A DNA stretch of 64,000 bases from Curvularia clavata (lineage: Eukaryota). Of the stretch, positions 25,723 to 39,100 are shown one piece after another. The stretch is taken from the NCBI GenBank assembly GCA_023920165.1, contig CP089275.1, positions 868,001-932,000 of the forward strand, read 5' to 3'. Position numbers and translations under genes: made by a program. The notes under the pieces were generated by a model, which saw nothing but the letters and a program-made list of their open reading frames with translations, ran no database searches and was not told the DNA's origin. Each line of letters begins with the position of its first letter. Position 1 is the first letter of the stretch.

Positions 25723-27049
25723 CTATATCGCCCCAGGCGGTGGGATGGGTGCTGGCGGCAGCTGCTCGATTTGCCGAATCAAAAAGCTCTTCTCGTCAAT
25801 AAACTGCTCGTCTTCTGTCCGGTCTTCCAGAAACGAGGGCAGGAAGCGCAAAAGCTTATCCCGGTTGCTAATCAGGATGCGTTGCACAGCCACTGATTTG
25901 TTCGGGTTTGCGACAAACACCTGTTGCTGTCAGCTCTATATACGTGGACTATAGCGGTTATGCACTACGTACCTTGAACACATGGAAACCCTCGTAGTTG
26001 ATCATTTTCCTGTCATCTCGTAACAGCTTCATGATGATCTTGAGATGCTCACCAGAGTCGACGTATTGCGTCATGACATTGTAGTTTGCCCGGTCGAGGA
26101 GAATCTCACCCAGCAGCTTGATCGACTGGCGCTTGGTAACGTAGCTTTCCGATTGGATCAGGATCGAATTGTATTTGGAGAAGAAAGCATCAAAGTTGGT
26201 CTGCAGGAAGGTGGCCACCAGGGGCTTGTGTTTGGTCAGAATCTCCTGTCAGCGTGTCAGTTATCTGTCAGAGGGCTCTCGTCCCAACTAATCGTACCCT
26301 GAACGTGTTGAATGCGTCTGCGCTGACTTCAAACGCTCCCTTGTCTATCCACCCAAAGAACTTCCAGAAGACGCCGTTCCCTGATGACGGCAGATCCGGG
26401 TTCACGTTGCCCAGGTCAAGTGTCTTTCCATCTTCCATTGGTTCGTCGTAGAGAAGCAGTGCGGCAATTGCGTCGTATTTGAGTGCCTCGCGCAAAATCC
26501 CACCGCATGGCATGGCGCTCTCTCGCCGGTCGTAGCCTCGACATAACGCTATGATAATGTCTGGTCTGTATGCGACAACGTGCTCCAAGACTTGTGGCGT
26601 GGGCTGGCCGGCGGGCTTGTAGCGAAATGCGGTCGAGAAGATTACTTGGGCATCCTTTCGCGACTCAAACGGTAGTCTGTGTATGTTGACGGCCAGGGCG
26701 TATAGCAGGTCTTCATTGAGTATGTTTGTGAGGAGCTGGAAGACAGCCTCTGGGTTGACTTCAGTGTCTTTTGCCCAAGTCAGCGTTTGTGTGGAGACGG
26801 CACAGCCAAAGGACAAGGCAAAGCATACCGGGTGTGCCCTGAAGCCGAACTTTCATCTGCTGCAAGTCCAGCGCAAGCCCCTCCTCCAGCTGTCACATGT
26901 TAGCCATGTTGTGCAGGCATGTCGAGGCCGCCTCATGAGCGCACCTTGGGATTGGGCTTGTCCTCCTGCCCAAGCCGAAGGGTGAGCTCCTTGATTGACT
27001 TTGTGAGCTCGAGATTGTTCTTTTGCTTGTTACGGAACAGGAAGGCCAT
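25723..27049 (-). CDS. hymA: HymA / Mo25 (CAB39) morphogenesis scaffold
   Basis: MAFLFRNKQK start; LPFESRKDAQVIF, FEVSADAF.TF, SESYVTKRQSIKLLGEILLDRANY, YEGFHVFK|VFVANP. Multiple short introns (e.g. 26246-26298, 25921-25972). Confidence 0.93.
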
Positions 27050-27576
27050 GTTGAGCGGCCGGACAGCTTTGCCAGGGCGGTGGTCGATGGGCGACGGCGG
27101 CGACGACGTGTGGGGTTGCGACTTGGGGCCAGAGCCGAGAAGGTTCTATCTTGACGGCGACGACATGCAGGCGGAGCGGGTCACAAGTAGCCTGGCACAG
27201 CGGGGGGTGTTTGGGCGTGTAAGCAGGGGCACGGCAATACGCTTTGTTGTTTTGCTGTGGTGATGCTGTTGGCTGTGGCTTGTCGGGTCAGCCCTGCAGC
27301 CAGGTGCGGGCGCTAGTAGCCTTCCCTCCAAGCCTGCGCTTCCACTCGCCCAGCGTCTCAACCCACTTTGCATCGAGCCCATCCTGGCACGTTGAGTGGC
27401 TGTCGACGTAAACTAGATTGGCTTCCATCTGACTTGTTTCTATGGAACGGCATACATATGACCTCATCTTCGCACCAGCGCCGCGGCATGTTCGTACACG
27501 CGGAAATGCTCCGCCCATTGCCAGGGGGCCTGCGAATACGTCACGTGCCATCACTATGGATTTCCCAGACGACCTT

Positions 27577-29181
27577 TCACTCCGCAAAGAATGCATGCTC
27601 GAGAATCTGCGCCTTGGGTCAGCTTCGCTCACACAGTGGGTCGATTAACCATACCTTTGACGCACTCATCCTTGTGCTGCTCTCGTACTTGACCAGGCTG
27701 CCTACGAGGCTGCGCTCTGTATCAGATAATTTTGGCAACAGTGCGGACCAGTCCTGCGCTGGATATTCGTGAAACTGCACCTTGCCCCAATCGCGGAAAC
27801 CAGCTGCCTCCTGTTCATGTCATTAGTAAGATGCTCCAAAGACCAGTCACGTGTAGACTCACTGGCCAGACTTCCAAATTTGGTGTTCCCAGCTTTTTGA
27901 ACACGCTTTGGATCAAAGCCAAGTCACTGCCTAGTTCCCCAGAATCAAACAACGTCTCATGGTCAGGGTCCAACGCCTCCGCGACTGTGCAACCAGCAGC
28001 CCATAGGTCCAGACTGCAGCCGTACTTTTGGTTACCGAACAACAGCTCAGGAGGCCGGTAGCACGTGGTACCAACGTCGGTAATCTTGGAGTCGGCCGCT
28101 TCCGAGCCTGATACATCTGGCGCCCATGCAATGCCAAAGTCGGATAGATATGCTGGCCCATCCAGAGACTTGAGAAGGATGTTGGAGGGTTTAATGTCAC
28201 GATGGATGATGCCCTTGTTGTGAATAAAGGCCAATCCAGTAAACAGATCTTTTATACATGACTTTGTCTGGCTCTTGGACAGTTTTTTGTCACGTAGCAA
28301 ATCGCTAAAGTCATAGCGCATGAAGGGAAATACGAGGACGAATTGGCTTCCATTCTCAAAGAAAGTGTCCAGCAGTGGAATGATGCGGTCTGAAGCTGCA
28401 AGGCTGAGGATCTTGGCTTCCCGTTTCGAATCGTGAGGCGGCTCCATGACCGATGGCGTCGTGATCTTCAGGGCAACCAGCCTGCCCTTGGCAGGCGAGT
28501 CTACTGGAAAGAAGCCATCGTGGCCGAGCGCAGGTGCTTTGTAGACGACAGAAAAGAGGCCTTCGCGATGGTATACCGCATCATGGTACTTGCCAACAGG
28601 CTTGCCGCCCGGGGTTGGAACATAGTCCTCGTCCTATGCCACAAGGATTAACAGGAATCGGAACGACCGTGTGATGTGCTATCCAACCTCTGGCGTGGGG
28701 AATTCAAGAGACGGCCGTGGGAGGCTCATCATCTTGTCATTACAGAGCCTGTCATAGTCGTCCTGTAAAAGCATCAGAAAACCAGCACTAATGCCTCGAC
28801 TTCACGATGCTTACCAGAGACTGTGCTGCATCATAGAGCGCCGCCTCATCTCTGGTAGCTTCCTTGCGGGCATCGGCTGCCGAGAGCGATGGGTCGGACG
28901 ACTGATAGGCGGATGATCTGCTTTGACATTAGCAGAGGCGACAAGAAAAAGCCAAACTCTCGGAGGTGTCAGTGAAGGGCCTGCAATCTCTCAGCAAATA
29001 GCAGGAGAGGGCGTGTGTTCAAGCATACACAGGAACAGGGACGAGCCCTGCAGAGAAAGCAATTTAAGCGTCGATGCAGCATTGCCTAGCGCGGTAATGG
29101 AGACTTTTTTACCTGCATTTGAGTGACAGCCAACAGGCGAGCAGAGAAGCCGAGGCGCGATCGCCAGTCAGATGAAGCCAT
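27577..29181 (-). CDS. CMGC Ser/Thr kinase, Csk1/Cak-like monomeric CDK-activating kinase
   Basis: Degenerate Gly loop REGLFSVVYKA, VALKIT, HRDIKPSN, SDFGIAW, VGTTCYRPPELLFG, DLWAAGC. Introns 27607-27654, 27811-27862, 28634-28687, 28763-28814. First exon/intron boundary uncertain. Confidence 0.8.
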
Positions 29182-29684
29182 ATGCGTTGCAGGTTTGCAC
29201 AGTGTAGGGAGGGAGATTTAGCATCACACAGGAGTGGAGGTCATGGTACTACTTTAGTAGTGGTAGTAAGGCACGGGAGAGAAGCAGATGGGCCGAATAA
29301 GGGCATGGAATGGTACCCAACTGTGCATGCATGGGACCCGCAGAGCTGAAGCGGTGTAGCCTGTGCAGCCTTGGGTGAGGGTATCCGCGGCACCGTTTGA
29401 CGAGGCCGGACGTGTCTCAGGGTGAATTGCTGTTTTTTTCGACACGGGCGGAACAGCCGGCGATCGTGGTGCGAAAGTCGAGTGCAATTGTTTCCAAGGT
29501 TACGTTACGTCAGACCCCGGCGCAACCGCGGCCTTAGGCTAGGCCCAAAGCGACGAGCCCCAAGCCACCACGGACAACGCAGTAACTCATTCCCACGACA
29601 CTTGGCCGACCTTCGGTACATGTAACTAGGCTGCATAGCTGCTTTCCGGCTGCGCGCCTCCGCCTCCCTCCTCGTCCCGACGTC

Positions 29685-32614
29685 ATGGAGCTCCAACGCA
29701 AAGAATACCCGGCATTGCTGGTGAGAGCCGTCCCCCCAAGGTCCATCACGCCCCAAGCACTCGCTCACACCATCCCCAGACCTCGCTCACTCCGGCGCAA
29801 GCCGTAGCCGTGCTTGACAGTCGCATGAAGCATGTGGGACAATTGAACACCCACATTGCCGACTGGTTGCAGGTGCGTTGGGCCCACGGCACGCGCATAG
29901 CCATGACGACTCATCCCAAGTCTAGGAACGCCGCCGTGTCGAAGAGCAATATGTCCAAGGCTTGCGCAAGCTCGCAAACAGACATCCTCCAGATGATTCA
30001 TCCGATCTTGGGTATGCACGCTGCCACACACGCCGGGGCGCATGAATTGACCACGACACAGCATCTTTGCGACCCCATGGGAGAAGATCGTGAGCGCGAC
30101 CGAGGCCGTCGCCCAATCCCACGCCCACCTTGCCTCCAAGATCGAGGCCGACGTCGAGCGACCCCTCCGCGACTTTTGTGGCAGTAATCGAGAAATCCAG
30201 GCCATGGGCAACATACAGGGCAACCTCGCGGCCATTGCCAAGGACATCGACTCGGCACAGAAAAAGCAGGCCAAACTTCGTGATAAGGGAGCGAAGGCCA
30301 AAGCGTCTGCCGTCGCCGACGCCGTCCAGGACATAGAAAAGGCTGAGCTGCAGTGGGACTCGCAGGCGCCCTACGTTTTCGAGCAGCTACAGGCCATTGA
30401 CGAAACCCGCCTGAACCACCTCCGCGATGTTCTTACACAGTTCCAGACGCACGAGGTGGACCAGGTGGAGCGCAGCAGGACCACGGCCGAGGAAACCCTC
30501 AATGCTATGCTAAACATCGAGACGGCCGACGAGATTCAAACATGGGCACTGAGGATGCGAAGTGGAGACGCTCGCCCTCCTTCGCGGAAACCAAGCAATA
30601 CTCCGACACCGTCAAGGAGTTTGGCACCGCCCTTGCCCACTTCCCCTACTGGAGCAGAGGACGACAGGAGCATGAAGAGCGGCTCAGCGCAAGAGAAGCA
30701 GAGTTCGAATCCTCTCAAGCGAATCGGCACAGTCCTGGGCCGCCGAAGACAGAGCACGCATCCCTACGGACGCGCAACCTCACCAGAGCGGAAGTCATCA
30801 GCAAACATTGGCTCAGCGTTTAGTGGTTTTGGCAAGGGCAAATCCAAAGATCGTGATAATCAGGCCCCTAGCCTGCCCTCCACAGCCGAACGCCCAGAAT
30901 CGCCAATGAAACGCTCTTCTCAGCGACCTAGTACTTCACAGAGATCGGATTCCCCAGGTCTTACTCAACAGACTAGTTCTGAAGCACCTCCTAATGGTAC
31001 TATACCTGAGTCGTCTGCAGAGACGGAGAAAGAGACGGAAGCCCCTAGCGCTGTAAACGGAACTGCATCTGTACAACAAGCGCCAATACCGGAGCTCATC
31101 GAGCCTTCTATACCACCCGCAATCACGGAAACGCAGCCAGAACCAAACAAAGACGCTGAAGGCTATTCCGTACCACCATCCGCTCTTGACGCCATCACCG
31201 AAGCAGAAAGAGAAGCCGGATTGTAAGTACCTTGTTTATTGGGGACTCCTACTGAGCTGACATGTATCAGAGCACAAAGTGAGGGAAACGCACCACCTCA
31301 ATTCAAGCTTGACATTAGAAACGCTCCAATCCAGGAGGAAGACGGTGATGCCGATGCGGCTACCGCGAACCTCGTCAACACACTGCGTGCTGTAAGTGCT
31401 CTTGGAGACCCGATTGACATGTACTAATATCAGAGCAGCAAGCTGCACAGCCCAAGCGATCAAGCACTCTGCGAGGCCGACGGGATGTTCGCAACACTAT
31501 TTTTGTCCCCAGCCCCGCAACGCCAGAACTTCAGAGCATAGGCGAGATACCACCAAACTCGGCTGGTGATTCTAGTCAAGCTTCTGGGCCTACCTCTGTA
31601 GCATTTGTCCCCCCTGTTCCACCTCCACATCCTTCATCTCCAGCGTTCAAACCTCCACACCGGTCGTTGTTATCAGACGACCATCCTGCCTCGGATACTC
31701 AATCCATCCGATCGGGCCGATCGTTAAGTAGCTCCGCTAGTACCACAGTAAGGCATCCGGACCTGCATGAACCGGGGCTCAATGCGTCATTAGTGGAGAC
31801 TGTCAGCGCTTGGTTCGAGCAGGGCAATGTCACCAAGGCAATGGTAATCGGGCAGATTGCGCTTGCATACAATCCTGTTGATATCTCTGCCGGCCCGTTC
31901 GGTACTGAGAATATACGATTGGAGAACTTTTCTGTGCTCGAAAAGGTAGCGCCCAACCCTGCTTTCATTGAGCAAGAAGTGGACAATCCCGGTAACTACA
32001 CCGTGGATCTGTCCAAAATCACAAAGACTTCAGTGGCTTTCCACTATCAATTGCATGTCGAAGAAAGCAACATTGCCACATTCCCGCCAATTATTCTGTC
32101 TCCCATATGGAAATCAGAGCCCACCCAAATGTCCGTCCTCCTCAACTACTCGCTCAACCCCAAATTCGACCTTGGTAACGCAACAAGCGTCACATTCAAA
32201 AACCTTGTTCTTGTGATCCGGCTGGAGCCCGGATCAAAAGCAACATCCTGCCAGTCAAAGCCCCCTGGTACTACTTCGCGTGACAAGGGCCTCATCTACT
32301 GGCGCCTCGGCGACGTGACCCTATCCAAGGACTCTGTCGCACAATCCCTCCGCGCACGCTTCTTTACCGATGGCCAAGCAAACCCCGGCAACACGGAGGC
32401 GCGCTGGGAAATCAGCGACGACCAAACTCTGTCCATAGGCAGCGGGCTCAACGTCAGCATGAGCCAGGCCCTCAGCTCTAAGAAAGACGACGCCGAAGAC
32501 GATCCGTTCGCTGACATTGACGAGAACGAGAATCCACCGGCTAGTCCTGCCATTACGTGGAAGCCGGTTGCCGCAGTCAAGAAAATTATGAGTGGGACTT
32601 ATCTGGGTGTTTGA
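29685..32614 (+). CDS. SYP1: Syp1/muniscin endocytic adaptor (F-BAR + mu-homology domain)
   Basis: MELQRKEYPALL start; IADWLQ..ERRRVEEQYVQGLRKL; WDSQAPYVFEQLQAIDETRLNHLRDVLTQFQTHE (F-BAR); HPDLHEPGLNASLVETVSAWF..IRLENFSVLEKVAPNP (muHD). Several short introns. Confidence 0.88.
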
Positions 32615-32692
32615 AGTAGCTTGCTTGAGATACACAAGGAGAGGTTGTTTTGTAGATGGAGTATCTGGAGGGGTAATAGAATAATGAGGAGC

Positions 32693-32716
32693 AGAGAGAG
32701 AGAGAGAGAGAGAGAG
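32693..32716. repeat. (AG)n microsatellite
   Basis: About 12 AG units directly visible downstream of the SYP1 stop. Confidence 0.95.
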
Positions 32717-34191
32717 GATAGTTAGTGAAGGAGAGTAAGAGGCAGTATAGTGTTGTAGGTTGTGTGTGGCTAGATGTTGATATCTCCCCCACCTCTTTTT
32801 TTTTGTTTTCCTTGGTTTTCTTTTGTAGCGTTAACGTGAACCAGACTCGTGTTTGCCTCGCAAGCCATCTTAAAACTAAGAATCTTAATCTCCAAACTTA
32901 TCATCCTACTCCTTATGTTGTGAGAGATTCTGAGAGTTGAAATATAAATGAGTGTGTGAATATATAAGAGACCCGAGTACAGTGAGCTGAACAAGTACAG
33001 CCCCTCACGCGTATATTTTGCCATTTGGTTTAGCGGGTGGTGAGAACCCTTTTTTTACGCGTGGTAACATCCGACTTTCTGGTGTCAAGCTGGTCAGTTT
33101 ACCCTGTCTGTGAGCTATCTTCTTTGATTGATGGATATTAGCACTTTGCGAGAAGACCTCTATAGTGAGAAATTAGCCCTGTACGATAATTGCTCTATGT
33201 AACTTTGTACCCAGTCAGATGCATGTCTGGAAAGAACCCGAGGTTGAGATTTCCATGAAAATCAGAAACAGATAGGGATATGTATGAATTGGATTAGAAT
33301 AGTAAACGGATATGAAGTGTGTTGAGCTGCGACACCTACTTGGTATCTGGTCCGAATTCCAGACTTGCTCAGGAGATCAATGAATAGCAGTGAGTCAAAG
33401 AGGGGACAATTGTTTGATTATTACTATTTACTCGTACAACCAAAACTGTTGTCGTTGCGATAGCTGACCTCCAGGACTTCTCTCAGGCCTCCACTGTAGA
33501 GATTCAAGAAGGAGATGCTAGAGTCTAGCCCAGGGCTACTGGTAGCCATGTGCACCGGCACAATAGAGTCATAAGCAAAGAGGAAGAAGGTATCAGGACT
33601 GCATTGTGGCTTACATGATGAAGCATTTTGGCACGACCGACCCACCTGTGATTATGGTACATTATGATGTTGCATAGACAGATAATTTACATGGGTATCA
33701 GAACAGCTGAAAACTTGGTAGGTATCAATCACGCAGAAGGAGTTGGGGGTAAGCGTTACCGTACGAAAATCAACGCACACCGCACTTACGCTAAATGTTA
33801 CAAAGTCGCCATTACACTCACTGTTCAGGACAATGCTGCAAAGGTATAGAAAAAACTCCGGTGGTGAAACTCGTGCATCTCGCGTCTGGGCTTTGCTGAA
33901 GAATGGGTGATGATGGGAATCGCTTACACTGTGTTTTTTTTTTGTGAGCAGCACGCAGCATCGCCAACTATGCAGCTGCTGGAAGAAATGGTTGTATTAA
34001 TACATAGATTCCAAATGTACTATTGGAGTATATGAGTATAACTTACATCTATAGAAAGAAAAGGAAGGTCCTCCTGGTTCTGAAATACCATTTTTGAGCC
34101 TGAGAAAACGCCTCTAACCCTGTGGGTTGTGTGGGCAAGGCCAACGTTCGCGCTAGATGAAGAGTGTCGAATGTCTCCTCTCCGGCCACAC

Positions 34192-35724
34192 TCAATCCAT
34201 ACTCTTAGCAAGTGCCCATAAACTGTCGAGCTTGGCGCGACCGAGTGTCTCACGAGCCTCTCCAGCGGTCACGCATACTCTGGAGCCCCATTTTCGGAAG
34301 GACCGCTCCTTGATCTCTCCCTCGAAGATGAGTGTGCACTTGTTGGATGAGTTGTCCTTTACTTCTCCAGTTTCGGTGAGTGGCCTGAGCCATTGCGGAT
34401 CCGAAGCGTGCTTCTCGGCCTGGGTCTCTGTTGGCGGGCCATTCTCATGCCACTTGATGCGTTGAAGCATGAGCTTCTTATATTTATTGATTGCATATGC
34501 GCCTCCTTCAACTACCACAAGATTCAAGTCGGGGTTGAAAAGGGTAATGCCGGTGAGCGCGTGTTCTTTGGCATTGTTGTCAATCTGAAAGCGGTGCTTG
34601 CCATACGCCAAAGACTTGATTTTGAAGACGCACATGTACAGTCCCTTTTGCGCGTCCTTTTCTTGGTTGGCAGCAAGCTTGGCGTGTTTTTGTTCTTTGG
34701 TCAGCTTTCGGTCCTCATTCGCTGCTACGTGGTCATCATGGCGCTGTTGGATTTGTGACTCAACGAGCATTTCCACAGCGGTGGGGTCTGCAATGGCTTG
34801 TTCTCCCATGACACGCATCATGTTTCCGCGCTTAACTTTAGGTGGTGGGGGCGGCTCGAGGCCGAGACGAATCTTGGCTTGGTGTTCTTTGAGGTCTGCT
34901 GCACGGCGCATCCTGCGCAGCTTCTGTTGTTCTTTTGTGGTAAGATACATGGGCTTGACCTGAACTAGACGCTGGTCCTGGGGCGCCTTAAGCAGAGGTG
35001 GGTGCTGGACATAGAGTGTGATGATGGAATCGTCGGTCTCAACCTTCACTTTGGATGGATCGTCGATGCAATCGTAATTGGTCTCAGCTAGGATACCTTC
35101 GTCCCACCATTCAATATCTGGAGGAGGCTGTACCAGAAAGCCGCGTTCGCTGTTCTCATCGAGGCCGGCCCGGCGCGCCTGGATCGCGAGCGCCTTTTTG
35201 ATCTCTTCGAGCCGGCGCTGTGCACGCAGCTTGGAAGCCTGGTCGAGGTACTTGCCTTGTTCGTTGAAAGCGAGCACACGAGGGCCCCTCTTCTTGGCAA
35301 GGGCAGCAGTCTTCGGATCGAAATATGGGTTTTCTGGCACTTCGTCTTGCGATTGCTTTTGCTTAGGCGCTGGAGCTTGGGATTTCTGATCAACTTTGGG
35401 CGTTTCTGAACGACGGTTGCCGAGCGTTGTCGCAAAGGGTGGGCCTGCAGAATCCGGTGTGGGGGGTTTGGCTGCTGCGGAACCCGCCTTTAACGCCTCC
35501 ATTCTCGCCTTCATAGCCGCCAACTTGTCCTGAACTGCATTGCTTGCCCCAGCCGCCGGCGGTGGGGGAGTTGAAGCGGCGGCCGGCTTCGCGAACCGGG
35601 CTGCAATTTCGGCGGCCTTTGCTTTGGCTTTGGCCTTTGCGGCCTCAACGGCATCGGATGGTTTGGGGCGCTTCACGTCGCCATTCGGGCTTTGACCTTC
35701 TGGATAGGGGCGCTTCTCCGCCAT
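34192..35724 (-). CDS. PRP3: U4/U6 snRNP protein Prp3
   Basis: PPDIEWWD, ITLYVQHPP, MYLTTKEQQKLRR.RR, IRLGLEPPPPPKVK..NMMRV.G..AIADPTAVE, VVVEGG..AINKYKKLML.RIKW. Single exon; alternative ATG at 35730. Confidence 0.95.
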   Translation of the reverse strand: MAEKRPYPEGQSPNGDVKRPKPSDAVEAAKAKAKAKAAEIAARFAKPAAASTPPPPAAGASNAVQDKLAAMKARMEALKAGSAAAKPPTPDSAGPPFATTLGNRRSETPKVDQKSQAPAPKQKQSQDEVPENPYFDPKTAALAKKRGPRVLAFNEQGKYLDQASKLRAQRRLEEIKKALAIQARRAGLDENSERGFLVQPPPDIEWWDEGILAETNYDCIDDPSKVKVETDDSIITLYVQHPPLLKAPQDQRLVQVKPMYLTTKEQQKLRRMRRAADLKEHQAKIRLGLEPPPPPKVKRGNMMRVMGEQAIADPTAVEMLVESQIQQRHDDHVAANEDRKLTKEQKHAKLAANQEKDAQKGLYMCVFKIKSLAYGKHRFQIDNNAKEHALTGITLFNPDLNLVVVEGGAYAINKYKKLMLQRIKWHENGPPTETQAEKHASDPQWLRPLTETGEVKDNSSNKCTLIFEGEIKERSFRKWGSRVCVTAGEARETLGRAKLDSLWALAKSMD

Positions 35725-36131
35725 GGTCATGATGGGCAATGGTGTGTGGATGGTGTGCGGTTGCGGCGTTTCGGAGGAGAGATGGTGATGGCGCAAAGCA
35801 GCCGCTGGACCAGCGGTCGGGCTGCTCAAAGTCGATCGATGGTTCCGTGGATTTGGCGCAGACTCCCACTTCCAGATTGCTCTTGAGCGAGGGCGCGGCG
35901 ATGGTGGTGATTATGATGGTAATGAAGTCAAACCAGTCGCTGCGGAGTGACGCGAAATGCACGCTGCGGCCTAGCTAGGCGTCTTGGCGCGCATACCGGC
36001 TAAACCCTGGGCGAACTTTTCTGGTCCCGAAAAAACTCCCCGCAAGTTTCGCGCTGCTGCGAACATCACAACCAACGCCTTTGCGCGCGGATTGCTTCTT
36101 CAACAGGCGCAGCAGGCAAAGAGGCGCCGCC

Positions 36132-39100
36132 ATGAACACCCATCAGCCAACTTCCTCGGCCATCAATGGCATCGAGTTTGGCTTTCTTACCACAAAAGAC
36201 ATCAAGTCGCTCTCGGTGAAGCGCATAACGAACCCGACTACCTTCGATTCGCTGCTTCACCCAGTGCCAGGTGGTCTGCACGATGCAGCACTCGGTGCTT
36301 TCCTGGACAACCCGTGAGCTTCCTTCCACCGTCCAAATCCTTATCGCTTTTGCTGACAATCTTCAAGATGCGGGACCTGTGGTCTCACAAACTTCCTGGG
36401 CTGCCCTGGCCACTGCGGCCACATCGAACTTCCTGTACCCGTCTACCATCTCACATTCATGGACCAGCTATTGCGACTGCTCCGAGGCAAATGCGCATAT
36501 TGCCACCAGCTGAAGCTCTCCCGCGTGCAGGTCAACGAATTCGTTTCCAAGCTGCGATTAATAAGATGCGGATTAGTAAAGGACGCAAACGACATGCATG
36601 AGCACATCAATATCGAGAAGGGCAAGACGAGTACACGAGCCGGCGACGATTCCGAAGATGAAGACGGCGACAACGACGACATTATTTCGCAGCGAAATAG
36701 CTACGTTAAAAAGTGCATGAAGCGAGCAGGCATTTCAAAGCACGATGCTAAGGCAGTGCGCGAAAAAAACGAAACCATCTCCGATGCGCGCCGAAATGTG
36801 GTTAAGGAATTCTACGCAGAGCTCGTCAAGCGCAGGGTTTGTGGCAACTGCCAGGGTATCAGTCCTACATACCGTAAGGACCGGGGTATCAAGATCTTCC
36901 GGAAGGCACTCAGCCAGAAAGATAAGACCAAAATGGCCCAGGCAGAAAAGCGCATCCAGAATCCCCTCGATGTTCTCGCTCGCCGCGATGCAAAGGCGAA
37001 GAAGCAACACGTACACGCAGACGAGGGTGTGGCGGACTTGGACCCTGCTTCTGAAGAAGATGAGGGCATCGACATGGAGGACATACAGGAAGCCGACGGC
37101 TCACTTGTTGCCACAGAGTCACGCATGGCTCGGAAAGCAAAGACAGCCGAGACTGAAGAGCCCCTGCAAGAGTATGTCAACTCGAGCGAGGTCAAGGCAG
37201 CCATGACTTTGCTCTTCGAAAACGAGTCTGAGATGATGCGATTGCTTTATAGCCCATACGGGTCAAAGTCCCTAGTGGATGTGAGCGCTGATATGTTCTT
37301 CACGCAGGCTGTAATTGTTCCTCCGAACAGGTACAGGCCTGAAGATAAGACAGGCGACTCCATTGCGGAGTCTTCAAAGAACAAGCTCTACAAAGGCATC
37401 CTCGAAGCTTGCGAAACCATTCGACAAATCAGCCAAGAAATGCGAGGCAAGCCAAATGAATTGGGATATCGTCAACGAAACTTTGACGACATGCAAACCC
37501 AATTTGTGAACCTGCAGGGCGCTGTGAACGCCCTCATCGATCGCGATGCCAATCCTGTACAGGGACGCGCTGCGGTGACCAACGCCGATGGAATCAAACA
37601 AAATCTCGAGAAGAAGGAGGGTCTTTTCCGGAAAAACATGATGGGCAAGCGTGTCAACTTTGCTGCACGAAGTGTCATCTCACCCGATCCGAACATCGAA
37701 ACCAACGAGATTGGTGTGCCTCCAGTATTCGCCATCAAGCTCACCTACCCTGAGCCAGTCACCAACCACAACTTCTACGACCTTAAAGAAGCAGTGCTCA
37801 ACGGACCAGACAAATGGCCTGGAGCGCATGCCATTGAAAACGAATATGGACAAGTCATTTCGTTGAAGAAGAAGAACTACGAGGAGCGGCTGGCCTTGGC
37901 CAACCAGCTTCTCGCCCCGTCAAACTCCTACTCCAACGGTGCCAAGAACAAGAAAGTGCATCGCCATCTCAACAATGGTGATGTGGTGATTATGAATCGA
38001 CAACCGACACTACACAAGCCTTCTATGATGGTGCACCGAGCACGTGTCTTGCCGGGAGAGAAGACCATTCGCATGCATTACGCCAATTGTAACACATACA
38101 ACGCCGATTTCGACGGTGATGAAATGAACATGCATTTCCCCCAGAACGAGCTTGCCCGCGCCGAGGCCATGACCATTGCGGATACCGATCATCAGTATTT
38201 GTCGGCTACAGCCGGAAAACCTCTGCGAGGTCTGATCCAGGATCATATTTCAATGGGAGTATGGCTGTCCAACAAAGATACCTTCTTTACAAAAGAGGAA
38301 TACCACCAGCTTCTCTACTCCTGCTTGCGACCAGAAGACGGCCATACGACCTCGGGTAGACTCGAGACTGTTGCCCCTGCCGTCTTGAAGCCTCGACCAA
38401 TGTGGACGGGCAAACAGATTATTACAACCGTTTTGAAGAACATCAAACCCGCAGAGTACCAGGATCTAACGCTCTCATCCCAATCATCCACAAACTTTAA
38501 ACTGTGGGGTGTGCATGCTGAAGAGCGGTTCGTCATCGTCAAGGACGGCGCGCTTTTGAGCGGTATCATGGACAAGAGTCAGATTGGTCCTGCTGCTGGT
38601 GGTCTTATCAACGGCATCTACGAGGCTTATGGAGAGACCATAGCTGGAAGGGCATTGAGTATCATTGGAAGGCTGCTTACCAAGATGCTACACATGCGTG
38701 CCTTTTCTTGTGGTGTTGAAGATCTCATCCTCACTGAAGAAGGAGAGAAGGCAAGACTGGAAGAGCTTCAAAAAGCAGAGAAGGTCGGATTCGAAGTGGC
38801 CGCTAAGTATGTCACTTTGGACGCGGAAAACATCGACCCCAACAATCCAGAGCTCCGCCGACGACTCGAGGCGGTTTTGCGAGATGACACCAAGCAGCAC
38901 GGTCTTGATCTGCTCACAAACACTGCCAACGGCAAGATTTCGACATCAGTCACTAGAGCTGTCCTACCTGAGAAGCTCATCAAGCTGTTCCCAAAGAACC
39001 AAATGCAGGCTATGACTGGTTCTGGTGCCAAGGGTAGTTTGGTCAACGCAAACCAGATTTCGTGCAATCTCGGTCAGCAGGTTCTTGAAGGTCGAAGGGT

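Noticed and set aside
28918..29116. Possible stwintron (nested intron) in the kinase first intron
   Set aside because: Removing the candidate internal intron does not regenerate a valid donor, since the bases after the internal AG do not fit.
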